A DNA stretch of 64,000 nt from Candidatus Zymogenaceae bacterium (GTDB lineage Bacteria; Desulfobacterota; Zymogenia; Zymogenales; Zymogenaceae): NCBI GenBank assembly GCA_016931225.1, contig JAFGFE010000035.1, positions 119,638-183,637 of the forward strand, given 5' to 3'. This document shows positions 20,710 through 29,426 of this stretch, piece after piece; position 1 is the first letter of the stretch; the number at the start of each line of letters is the position of its first letter. Both the position numbers and the translations under genes were made by a program. A model generated the notes under the pieces. It searched no databases and was not told the origin of the DNA. It saw nothing but the letters and a program-made list of their open reading frames with translations.

Positions 20710-21048
20710 CTACAATAGCTTCGTCGGTTCCGTCGGGCGCGGTACTTTCACCACAAGAAACCTGAGAACCGCGTCGCCTTCATTATACCAGCAGTGGGGT
20801 ATCTTCGCCGGACTATCTACCAGGGTGTTTTCCCCTACCTCCCGTTTCTCACCGCCGATTTCCACCACACCCCTTCCCTCTAAGACATAGAAAAATACAT
20901 CCACAGGCGTTTTGTGCTTTTTTAAAGCTTCACCCGGTTCAAGGGTGATATGAACAACCTGAGCGTTCTCCGTATTATAGAGTATGCTTGCTTTTACGCC
21001 GTGCGGATTATCCGTTGGTGGTGCCGTTTTAGCGTCCACTGTTTCCAC
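20710..21048 (-). CDS. cupin domain protein
   Basis: 112 aa; small beta-barrel cupin-like pattern (VHITLEPGEALKKH..H), last gene of hcp operon. Confidence 0.5.
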   Translation of the reverse strand: METVDAKTAPPTDNPHGVKASILYNTENAQVVHITLEPGEALKKHKTPVDVFFYVLEGRGVVEIGGEKREVGENTLVDSPAKIPHCWYNEGDAVLRFLVVKVPRPTEPTKLL

Positions 21049-21121
21049 GACCCATCCTCCGTGATCATGGTGCCCCGATCGGGTGAATCGTGAGCACCAT
21101 GTTTATTTTCCCTGAAATATT

Positions 21122-22753
21122 CTAATTCCCCTCCATCATCGCCGCGATATCCCCCTTCACGTCCCCGGTGGGCTTGATGTCGAACTTCTCCACGAGGACC
21201 TGCGCCACCCGGGGCGAGAGAAACGCCGGCAGCGTGGGCCCCAGGCGGATGCCCTTCACTCCCAGTGAAAGGAGAGCCAGGAGAACCGCCACGGCCTTCT
21301 GCTCGTACCAGGCAATATCAAAGGAGATCGGAAGGTCATTGATATCGTCCACGCCGAGCACCTCCGCCAGCTTCAGGGCCGTCAGCGCCAGGGAGTAGGA
21401 GTCGTTGCACTGCCCGGCGTCGATGACCCGGGGAATGCCCCCGATGTCTCCCAGGGGGAGCTTATTGTAGCGGTACTTCGCGCATCCCGCGGTCAGGATG
21501 ACTGTGTCATTCGGGAGTCGTTCGGCCACGTCTGTGAAATACTCCCGATCCTTGAAGCGCCCGTCGCACCCGGCCATCACCACAAACCGCCTCAGAGCGC
21601 CGCTTTTCACCGCGTCGACGATCGTATCCGCCAGGGCCGAAAGCTGATGGTGGGCGAATCCGCCCGTTATCTCGCCGGTCTCCAGCTTTGTGGGGGGGGC
21701 GCACGTTTTCGCCTGCTCGATGATGATCGAAAAATCCTTGATGCCTCCGGGCTTTGGATCGGGAATGTGGGTCACCCCCGGGTATCCGGCGCATCCGGTG
21801 GTGTATATCCGGTCCCGGTATGCGTCTTTCACCGGGATGATGCAGTTCGTGGTCATCAGGATGGGGCCGTTGAACGACGAGAATTCCTCTCCCTGTTTCC
21901 ACCAAGAGCCCCCGTAGTTGCCCGCCAGGTGATCGTACTTCTTGAACGCCGGGTAGGAATTGGCCGGCAGCATCTCCGAATGGGTGTAGATATCGACGCC
22001 GGTCCCCTTTGTCTGCTCAAGCAGCGTCTCCATGTCTTTCAGGTCGTGGCCGGAAACGAGGATACCGGGATTCTTCCGCACCCCGATATTCACCTTCGTC
22101 GGCTCGGGATTCCCGTAGGTCTCCGTATTGGCCCTATCAAGGAGCGCCATCGTATCGACGGCCGTCTTCCCCGCCTCCATCACCAATGCCACGAGCTCAT
22201 CGGCGCTCACATCCTGCGTCGTCGCCGCAAGGCCCCGGGCAAGGAATCTATAGATGTTCTCTTCCTCGTATCCCAGCACCGCCGCGTGATGGGCATAGGC
22301 GGCTATCCCCTTCATACCGTATATCAGGAGTTCCCTCAGGCTCCGGATGTCCCCATTCTCCGTGGCCAGGACCCCCACCGACGGGGCGAGCGCTAGAAAA
22401 TCCTTCATTGATCGGCCGCTCCAGGTCGCGCTGCTCGGAAGATTCCTTTTCACGGAATCACTCAGTCCCTCGCGGATATGATCCCGCTTTTCGAGGATCC
22501 GGGATATCAGATCCACGATCCGGTCGTTGTCGAAATTGGCGTTGGTGATGGTGGTAAAGAGCGCCTCTGCCATCAACCGGCCGACATCACTTTCCACAAC
22601 CCCTGTCGCGTCCGCCACCCTCCCCAGGCCCTTCAGGGAGAATATCAACATATCCTGGAGGTGTGCGGTCTCCTCCCCCTTGCCGCACACGCCGCGTATG
22701 GTACAGCCTGAGTTCCTCGCGGTCTCCTGACACTGAAAACAAAACATGCTCAT
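21122..22753 (-). CDS. hcp: hydroxylamine reductase / hybrid cluster protein
   Basis: 543 aa; N-terminal [14 protein letters not shown] cysteine cluster of Hcp, full-length colinearity with Hcp family. Confidence 0.85.
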   Translation of the reverse strand: MSMFCFQCQETARNSGCTIRGVCGKGEETAHLQDMLIFSLKGLGRVADATGVVESDVGRLMAEALFTTITNANFDNDRIVDLISRILEKRDHIREGLSDSVKRNLPSSATWSGRSMKDFLALAPSVGVLATENGDIRSLRELLIYGMKGIAAYAHHAAVLGYEEENIYRFLARGLAATTQDVSADELVALVMEAGKTAVDTMALLDRANTETYGNPEPTKVNIGVRKNPGILVSGHDLKDMETLLEQTKGTGVDIYTHSEMLPANSYPAFKKYDHLAGNYGGSWWKQGEEFSSFNGPILMTTNCIIPVKDAYRDRIYTTGCAGYPGVTHIPDPKPGGIKDFSIIIEQAKTCAPPTKLETGEITGGFAHHQLSALADTIVDAVKSGALRRFVVMAGCDGRFKDREYFTDVAERLPNDTVILTAGCAKYRYNKLPLGDIGGIPRVIDAGQCNDSYSLALTALKLAEVLGVDDINDLPISFDIAWYEQKAVAVLLALLSLGVKGIRLGPTLPAFLSPRVAQVLVEKFDIKPTGDVKGDIAAMMEGN

Positions 22754-22823
22754 CTGTTTTCTCCTTCCCGTAATGATTAATGTTCATCGTTCGAGGTGAA
22801 GATGTATTCCCCTCGTATCTCTC

Positions 22824-23615
22824 TTATCGGGCCGCCTCGACCCGTTTCCCGGCGGTGCCCGGGGCCGTCTCCTCTTTCAGGACGGCTCCCCCCCGACCGA
22901 TCATGACCGCACGAAGCGGGATATCCATACCGGAGCGGGCAATCGCCTCCCGGGCCAGCCTCATGTAGCCGTGACAGCAGGGCACCTCCATGTAGACGAC
23001 ACAGAGCAACGTGGGCGTCGCTTCTTTCAAAATCGCGGAGAGCCGCTCCGTGTCACCCGCCGAATCGTCGAACTTGGGACACCCCATGACCACCGCCCTG
23101 CCGTCAAGTACCTTCCGGTGAAGGTCGGGATACGCCGCGGCGGCGCAGTCGGCCAGGAGCACGATCTCTCGACCTTTCAGGAAGGGGGCGGTCGGTGGCG
23201 CCAGCTTCAGCTTGACGGGCCAGTGGCCCAGGGTCGAGGGGATGTCCCCTGCGGCGGCCGCTCCCGCGGTCCGAACCGGACGGCCCTCTGAAAGGTCCAT
23301 GATTGCCGAGCCGGGGCACCCGCAGGCAAGGACGTCCTCATGAGTGTCCTTATGGGGAGTGGGTGCGTCACCATTCGCCTCCAGGTGACGCCGCACCGCC
23401 TCCTCGTCAAAGGGATCGGCCTTTCGGCTGACGATGGTGATGGCACCCTCGGGGCAATCCCCCAGGCAGGCGCCCAGTCCGTCACAATAGGTATCGCTGA
23501 CGAGCCTCGCTTTGCCGTCCACCAGCGTCAGCGCCCCCTCGGCACATGCAATGATACACAGTCCACACCCGGTGCACCGATCTTCATTTATTTCGATGAT
23601 ACTTCTCACGCCCAT
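22824..23615 (-). CDS. 4Fe-4S dicluster ferredoxin-domain protein (Hcp-associated)
   Basis: 263 aa; two CxxCxxCxxxCP-type motifs (CTGCGLCIIACAEGA, CDGLGACLGDCPEGA) plus Cys-rich C-terminal domain. Confidence 0.55.
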   Translation of the reverse strand: MGVRSIIEINEDRCTGCGLCIIACAEGALTLVDGKARLVSDTYCDGLGACLGDCPEGAITIVSRKADPFDEEAVRRHLEANGDAPTPHKDTHEDVLACGCPGSAIMDLSEGRPVRTAGAAAAGDIPSTLGHWPVKLKLAPPTAPFLKGREIVLLADCAAAAYPDLHRKVLDGRAVVMGCPKFDDSAGDTERLSAILKEATPTLLCVVYMEVPCCHGYMRLAREAIARSGMDIPLRAVMIGRGGAVLKEETAPGTAGKRVEAAR

Positions 23616-23618
23616 GCG

Positions 23619-24035
23619 TCATCCTCCGTATATGCCCGTGAGTTGATCGAGGGTTTTCTCTCCCATGTAGCGGCGGATCTCCTCGCTCTTTTCCCTGAGG
23701 AGGGTGCCGAAAATGCAGTCATCACCCCGACACACCGGCACCGTGAACAGACACTTCGCGGGTTCCAGGGCGCCCTCTACCGCCTCGTAGACCATAAGAA
23801 GTGTGACCCCTTTCGGGTCCCCGTTCAGAGTGAATCCCCCCCGGGGGCCCCTGGTGGAAATCACCAGGTCCGCCCGGGCAAGTCGCTGGAGTACCTTGGC
23901 GAGATGCGCCTCGGAGACCTGGATGACCTCGGCCATCGTTTTAGCGTTCATGCCCTCCGGCCGTTCCCGGGCCAGGAGCACCATCACGTGCAGTGCGATG
24001 GAGGCGGCTTCGGATATTTTTATGATATTCGACAT
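23619..24035 (-). CDS. Rrf2-family transcriptional regulator (NsrR/IscR-like)
   Basis: 138 aa; N-terminal wHTH with Rrf2 signature (SEAHLAKVLQRL), three C-terminal cysteines (C..C.....C) for Fe-S ligation; heads operon with hcp. Confidence 0.7.
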   Translation of the reverse strand: MSNIIKISEAASIALHVMVLLARERPEGMNAKTMAEVIQVSEAHLAKVLQRLARADLVISTRGPRGGFTLNGDPKGVTLLMVYEAVEGALEPAKCLFTVPVCRGDDCIFGTLLREKSEEIRRYMGEKTLDQLTGIYGG

Positions 24036-24067
24036 GGAAGATATCTCACTCCTTATTTAGGTATTTT

Positions 24068-24081
24068 GGTATTATAATACC
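24068..24081. promoter_or_regulatory. perfect 14-bp palindrome GGTATTATAATACC upstream of Rrf2-hcp operon (candidate operator)
   Basis: Located 33-46 nt upstream of Rrf2 start codon within AT-rich promoter region. Confidence 0.4.
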
Positions 24082-24453
24082 TTAATTACTTTTATTGTCA
24101 AGCATTTTTGTCATGTGAGATCCCCTTTTAACACAACCGGTGAACAATTCGGTTTTTGTGGTTCTTCGATACCCGTATATATCGATTGTCCACTATCAGC
24201 TGAAACGAAAAAACCTTCTTCCCGTTCTCCGATACAGCCAGACACAGTCTCCAAACATGCCGTTGACGCAAGCCTGACTGTGTATCATCCTTCACGCACA
24301 ACAAACCTCAGCGTATAGATATTCTTCCCCTATCCGAAGTTCCGTGATACAATTCCGCTTTGACGCGTGATTCATGTCCCCGTGAAGAAAAACGGATTCA
24401 TAAACATGCATGGATCCACCCCAATTCAGCAAAACCGCAAGGATACCATCACC

Positions 24454-25575
24454 ATGTGTACCAAGCAAGATGTCATTGAAAAAGCGCTCAGCCTCAAATT
24501 TGAGGACGTCGGCTTCACCACCGCCCTCCCCTTTGATTTTCAGCGAGACATACTCGAAGAACGCTCCCGGGACTACGCACCACTCCTTGAACTGGGGCTC
24601 GATCTTCCCGGCGGCGTGGATCCGAAAAACACCCTTCCGAAGGCCAAGTCCATCATTGTCTTGATGGAAAATTACTTCCGCACATCATTCCCCCGGGCGC
24701 TGGAAGGCAAATTCGGCCGGTGTTACCTGGACGATGACCGGATGACCAAAGACGGGCTGAGCCTCAGGATAAAGGAATTCAGAAGTTTTTTGCGAGATCA
24801 CGGCATCGACTCGAAAGTGCCGTTTAATATCTCCCAGAGATTGAGCGCCGCCCGGGCGGGTCTCGGGAATTTCGGGAAAAACTGCTTCCTCTACGCCCAC
24901 CGGGCGGCCCGAAAAAGCTCCTGGGTCCTTCCCGTTGCCGTTGTTGTGGACTATGAATTCGAGCCTGACGAACCGACATACGACATCGACTGCCCCGACT
25001 GGTGCCGGGACGCCTGCATGGCCGCATGTCCCACCGGGGCAATTATCGCCCCCCTGCGTATGAATCCCCGCCGATGCATCTCGTTCCTCACCTATTACGG
25101 TACGGGACTCACCCCACGGGCCCTCCGGGAACCAATGGGCACCTGGGTATATGGCTGCGACGTGTGCCAGAACGCGTGTCCCCGCAATCGTGCCTGGCTG
25201 TCCCAGGAACTTCCCACAAACGAAAGAGCGGCGGCCAAGGTGGAGAATTTCACCCTTTCGAAGCTCCTCGGCATGGATCTCTCTTTCTATCAGTCGAAGA
25301 TATGGCCTCACATGTTCTACCAGTCACCGAAGGAGACCTGGCGGTGGAAGATGAACACCGCCAGGGCCATGGGGAACAGCCTTGACGATCGCTTTGTATC
25401 CGACCTTGTCCGGGCACTGACAGAAGAGGAGGACGAGCGGGTTCTGGCCATGTGCGCATGGTCCCTGGGGCGCCTCGGCGGGAAAAAAGCAACAAACGCC
25501 CTGGAATCGGCCCGGAAGCGGGCACGGGGCATCATCCTCGAGGAGATTGAGTACGCCCTGGAAGGGTGTCAATGA
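24454..25575 (+). CDS. queG: epoxyqueuosine reductase-like 4Fe-4S protein
   Basis: ORF 24367..25575; likely start at internal Met 24454. CxxCxxxCPTGAI and RRCISFLT..YGCDVCQNACPRN motifs as in QueG, C-terminal HEAT-like repeat. Confidence 0.55.
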   Translation: MCTKQDVIEKALSLKFEDVGFTTALPFDFQRDILEERSRDYAPLLELGLDLPGGVDPKNTLPKAKSIIVLMENYFRTSFPRALEGKFGRCYLDDDRMTKDGLSLRIKEFRSFLRDHGIDSKVPFNISQRLSAARAGLGNFGKNCFLYAHRAARKSSWVLPVAVVVDYEFEPDEPTYDIDCPDWCRDACMAACPTGAIIAPLRMNPRRCISFLTYYGTGLTPRALREPMGTWVYGCDVCQNACPRNRAWLSQELPTNERAAAKVENFTLSKLLGMDLSFYQSKIWPHMFYQSPKETWRWKMNTARAMGNSLDDRFVSDLVRALTEEEDERVLAMCAWSLGRLGGKKATNALESARKRARGIILEEIEYALEGCQ

Positions 25576-25626
25576 GTCAGGACGAGAACAATCGAATCGT
25601 TTATATATGAGATAAAAGTATGACCG

Positions 25627-26101
25627 ATGAAAGATGAAAAGCCGATTCTAATGTTCAACGCCCTCTGGTTCAAGCCCGATGGGGGGTGGGAAACATATAA
25701 AAGTATATATGGAGAAGGTTACGCCGCTCCACGAAAAGCACGGCGGGCGGGTGAAAAGCGGCGGCGTCCCCACAAAATCTGTTATCGAGGAATTCGATGC
25801 GGACCTGATCTTCCTGGTGGAGTATCCGAGCCGGCGAGCTTTCATCAAGTTCATCCATGACCCGGAATATGCGGACATCAAGCCCTACCGGGAGGAGGCC
25901 ATCGTCAGGTCGCTCCTGATCAAGTGCGACAAGCTCTTCCAGGCCGCATTCGTCTTTATACGGTCCCCTTCCAGAAAACCTGCTGGCCGGCTCCCACCCC
26001 GGATCAGTCTTGAACACCCGATCGATAATCATCGATCTTTTCGATGTCTTAAAAACCAAACTCATTCCGGGATATTCACCGGCCGGTCAGAATTCCCCTA
26101 G
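25627..26101 (+). pseudogene. DUF1330 family protein gene interrupted by a 1-nt frameshift in an A4 run
   Basis: Frame 1 (MKDEKPILMFNALWFKPDGGWETYK) and frame +1 (VYMEKVTPLHEKHGGRVKSGG...EFDADLIFLVEYPS..HDPEY) together reconstitute a DUF1330-like protein; junction at aaaa 25699-25702. Confidence 0.45.
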
Positions 26102-26161
26102 AACCCGAAACTCAAGGATATCCACCCTTTTCCCGTTGCGGTGATCGGCGATACCACACCG

Positions 26162-27067
26162 TTATCCCTCGGGATCAGATAAGGGAATGGCATCAAGCTC
26201 TTTCCATTCGCTTTCAAGCTCCTCCCAATCCAAAATGTCTTTCTTGTTTTCCTTGATCTTGTGGGCAAAAGCGCAATATGGGTCGCCCATCGCCCTGCAG
26301 CGTACTTCCCGTGTTTCGATGAACTTGCCCGAAAGCTTGTTGATGAGACCGTTGTAGAAACCATCCATGTAGTTCATGAGCCAGGTACAAATGGGCCTTT
26401 TGCTGTCTTTCACATCGTTGGACTCGTAGGAATTGGTTATCTTCGCCAAGAACATATGATTACCGTCGGCATTCTCGTGGGTAAAAACGCGAGAATATGA
26501 CCACCCGGCGTGTCGAAACGTCCCGAGATATACTTTTTCGTCCTGTAAATGTATAAGGTCTTCGAGTTTTGCCAACTGATAATCCTCAATGGCCTGCTGT
26601 GCCATACCCGCTCCCGACGTCCGTGTCGCATCTCGAACGATGGCTTTCGTGCCGTTCTCCGTCAGTATCTCATATGATGCCTTTCTAAAATTTCTGATAA
26701 AAGAAACCGGCAGGACACGCCATTGTGATGACCCAAAAAATTTCAGATTTCTCGTTTTCCCGTCCCAGGCGACACTGTCCGGTATATAGCTGTTTCCGAT
26801 ATCGATGGGAACAATCAAGTCGTCTAAAAAACCCGCGGTATTCTCTATGCTGGGATTATCCTGTAGTTCTTTGGGCGCTCCGTGCAGTTCAAGAATCTTT
26901 CTGAAAATCATAGTAACGGCATCTTCCCCGGCAACTTTTTTCATCTCATCCATAAAGGAGAAGATAAAGTCATACCTTTTGAGGAGCAGACGGTGCTCAT
27001 CACCGTTCCCGTACAGTGTGATAATACCATCTTTCAGGTCCCATTTGACGGAATTCCCGCTGGTCAT
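26162..27067 (-). CDS. stand-alone XylR_N + V4R (4-vinyl reductase) sensory-domain protein, copy B
   Basis: 301 aa, ~85% identical to copy A over full length, same V4R cysteine motif. Confidence 0.5.
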   Translation of the reverse strand: MTSGNSVKWDLKDGIITLYGNGDEHRLLLKRYDFIFSFMDEMKKVAGEDAVTMIFRKILELHGAPKELQDNPSIENTAGFLDDLIVPIDIGNSYIPDSVAWDGKTRNLKFFGSSQWRVLPVSFIRNFRKASYEILTENGTKAIVRDATRTSGAGMAQQAIEDYQLAKLEDLIHLQDEKVYLGTFRHAGWSYSRVFTHENADGNHMFLAKITNSYESNDVKDSKRPICTWLMNYMDGFYNGLINKLSGKFIETREVRCRAMGDPYCAFAHKIKENKKDILDWEELESEWKELDAIPLSDPEG

Positions 27068-27336
27068 TGTGCAACCTCCTTAAATCATTACCAAATCCAA
27101 AACATTGCGTAGGCCTGACAGAATCTGAACCGGACTCTCAGTAGTCTTGTTGAGTGCAAAGAAGTAAGAACTGAAGAATTGAATTCCTGTGGTAACCAAT
27201 TCCATACAGCTCGAACACGGAAGAGACGACAGAATCATGTATCCATTTTTCGGGCGGTCTCCAGTATGGCGTCGAGTTTTTTCCGTTTCATGGTACGTTG
27301 TTCAATGCAGCCGTATGAACTACTTTTATTATTTCA

Positions 27337-27365
27337 TTTATAATAAAGCAATTTATCGCTGTCAA
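27337..27365 (-). promoter_or_regulatory. sigma70-type promoter of V4R copy B (long leader)
   Basis: minus-strand TTGACA (plus 27360-27365) N17 TATAAA (plus 27337-27342); same architecture as copy A. Confidence 0.5.
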
Positions 27366-27528
27366 TGTTTTTTCAATATCGGCTTTTGCTGGAGCCCGCC
27401 CTGATGGAGCAGGAATGTATAATACGATTCTGAAAAAATAAAAAACTACAGAAAAATCCCTCACTCGAGACCGATATGTTTCGAAGCATGTTTCTGTTGA
27501 TATTCGGGATTGCCAGATCCAGAGGAAC

Positions 27529-27557
27529 TTGACAAAAGGAAGTTTATTTCCTACAAT
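27529..27557 (+). promoter_or_regulatory. sigma70-type promoter of GAF-sigma54 activator gene
   Basis: TTGACA-N17-TACAAT ~35 nt upstream of ORF start. Confidence 0.5.
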
Positions 27558-27592
27558 ATGGTAGGATTTGTAAAATTGTCATTCGAAACGGT

Positions 27593-29173
27593 ATGATCAT
27601 GAGCCACGCACAGGATGAAACCCCACGCCCCCGGAACCAACAGCGGCAAATGGAAGAACTGAACCTCCTCTATTCCATCAGCCGCACGCTGGACTCCAGC
27701 ATGGAACTCAAGGAGGTCGTCGGGCCGGTCCTTGAGTTGATCGCCCACCACATGGGAATGCTCCGGGGCACCATTACCCTTCTTGACAAGGACAGCGGCG
27801 AGTTGTACATCGATTCGGCCTACGGCCTTTCCGATAGCCAGAAGGAACGGGGCCGTTACAAACTGGGCGAGGGTGTCACCGGTACGGTGGTCCAGACCGG
27901 CCGGCCGATGATCGTCCCCCGGATATCCGAAGAGCCCCAGTTTCTGGACCGTACCGGCGCCCGGAAGGACTTCTCGAAAAAGGACATTTCCTTCATCTGT
28001 GTCCCTATCAAACTGGAAAACGAGGTGCTGGGGGCGCTGAGCGCAGACCACCTCTTCGACGATGCGGTGTCTTACAACGAAGACGTGCGTCTCCTGTCCA
28101 TCATCGCCTCCATGATCGCCCAGGCGGTCCACCTCAGGCGCATTGCCCAGAAGGAGCGCGATCTCCTCATGGAGGAGAACCTCCGGCTTCGGGAAGAGCT
28201 CCAGGATCGATTCCGACCCCAGAATATCATCGGGAATTCAAAGGCGATGCAGGACGTTTATCGCCTTATCGCCCAGGTGACGAAAAGCAACGCCACCGTT
28301 CTGATCCGGGGTGAAAGCGGCACCGGCAAGGAACTGGTGACCCATGCCATCCACTTCAACAGCCAGAGGGCGGATAAACCCTTCATCAAGGTCAATTGCG
28401 CGGCGCTCCCCCAGTCGGTTATAGAAAGCGAGCTGTTCGGACACGAGCGGGGGGCCTTTACCGGCGCGGACAAGATGAAAAAGGGCCGCTTCGAGCTGGC
28501 GAATCGGGGCACCCTCTTTCTCGATGAAATCGGCGACCTCTCCTCCCAGACCCAAATCGCGCTTCTGAGGGTGCTGCAGGAGCGGGAGTTCGAACGTGTG
28601 GGCGGCACCGAAACCATCCGCACCGACGTACGCATCATCACCGCCACCAACAGGAACCTGGAAAAACTCGTCGAAGAGGGGAGGTTTCGAGAAGACCTCT
28701 ACTTCCGGCTCAATGTCTTTCCCATCCATATCGCGCCCTTGAGGGAGCGAAAGGGAGACCTTCTGCTTCTGGCGGATCATTTCGTGGAAAAATACAATAA
28801 AGAGCACGGCAAGAATATACGGCGCATCTCCACGCCGGCCATCGATATGCTCATGTGTTACCACTGGCCGGGAAACGTCCGGGAGCTGGAAAACTGCATC
28901 GAGCGGGCGGTGCTGATATCGAACGACGAGGTGATTCACGGCCACCATCTCCCCCCCACCCTCCAGACCGCGGAGTTCAGCGGCACCATCAGCAGCAAAA
29001 CGCTGCCCGAAGCCGTGGAGGCCCTGGAGCGAAACCTCATCGAGGACGCCCTCAAGTCCTCCCGGGGCAACAAGGCGAAGGCGGCGAAGGCCCTGGGGAT
29101 AACAGAGCGCCTCATGGGCATCAAGGTCAAGAATTTAGAGATCGATTTTCGTAGATATCGTACCAATCGGTAG
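27593..29173 (+). CDS. sigma-54-dependent transcriptional activator with N-terminal GAF domain (NifA-like)
   Basis: 526 aa; GAF-like N-domain, central AAA+ with GESGTGKE, ESELFGHERGAFTGA (GAFTGA motif), C-terminal Fis-type HTH. Confidence 0.75.
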   Translation: MIMSHAQDETPRPRNQQRQMEELNLLYSISRTLDSSMELKEVVGPVLELIAHHMGMLRGTITLLDKDSGELYIDSAYGLSDSQKERGRYKLGEGVTGTVVQTGRPMIVPRISEEPQFLDRTGARKDFSKKDISFICVPIKLENEVLGALSADHLFDDAVSYNEDVRLLSIIASMIAQAVHLRRIAQKERDLLMEENLRLREELQDRFRPQNIIGNSKAMQDVYRLIAQVTKSNATVLIRGESGTGKELVTHAIHFNSQRADKPFIKVNCAALPQSVIESELFGHERGAFTGADKMKKGRFELANRGTLFLDEIGDLSSQTQIALLRVLQEREFERVGGTETIRTDVRIITATNRNLEKLVEEGRFREDLYFRLNVFPIHIAPLRERKGDLLLLADHFVEKYNKEHGKNIRRISTPAIDMLMCYHWPGNVRELENCIERAVLISNDEVIHGHHLPPTLQTAEFSGTISSKTLPEAVEALERNLIEDALKSSRGNKAKAAKALGITERLMGIKVKNLEIDFRRYRTNR

Positions 29174-29198
29174 CAATATTTTCCTATTCCTACCATTT

Positions 29199-29214
29199 GG
29201 TATTATATTATACC
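29199..29214. promoter_or_regulatory. 16-bp palindrome GGTATTATATTATACC upstream of the amtB sigma54 promoter (candidate activator/UAS site)
   Basis: ~100 nt upstream of the -24/-12 element; related in sequence to palindrome at 24068. Confidence 0.35.
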
Positions 29215-29313
29215 TTCCGAATCGGTTTCCCCACTCCTCTCACACCCCTTCTCAATTATTTTCACATATAATTTCAATACGTTGGCTCCCTTCGAAGGGA
29301 GGATGACTGATGT

Positions 29314-29329
29314 TGGCAAGCTGCTTGCT
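29314..29329 (+). promoter_or_regulatory. sigma-54 (-24/-12) promoter upstream of amtB-glnK
   Basis: TGGCAAgctgcTTGCT matches TGGCAC-N5-TTGCW spacing exactly; ~97 nt upstream of amtB ATG; adjacent gene encodes a sigma54 activator. Confidence 0.65.
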
Positions 29330-29426
29330 CTCTGCATACCCTAAGATACACCGCTATGCTCGATAAGGACCGCCACTCCTTATCCATCAGTTGTACACAT
29401 CCTTAGGTTCGAAAGGAGGCGTTTTG

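Larger units (their letters stand above)
26098..27375. repeat. duplicated segment B (V4R gene + conserved 5' leader/promoter + 3' flank)
   Basis: Paralogous to 19171..20450; conserved blocks e.g. CCGAAAAATGGATAC, TCTTCCGTGTTCGAGCT in leader. Confidence 0.6.
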
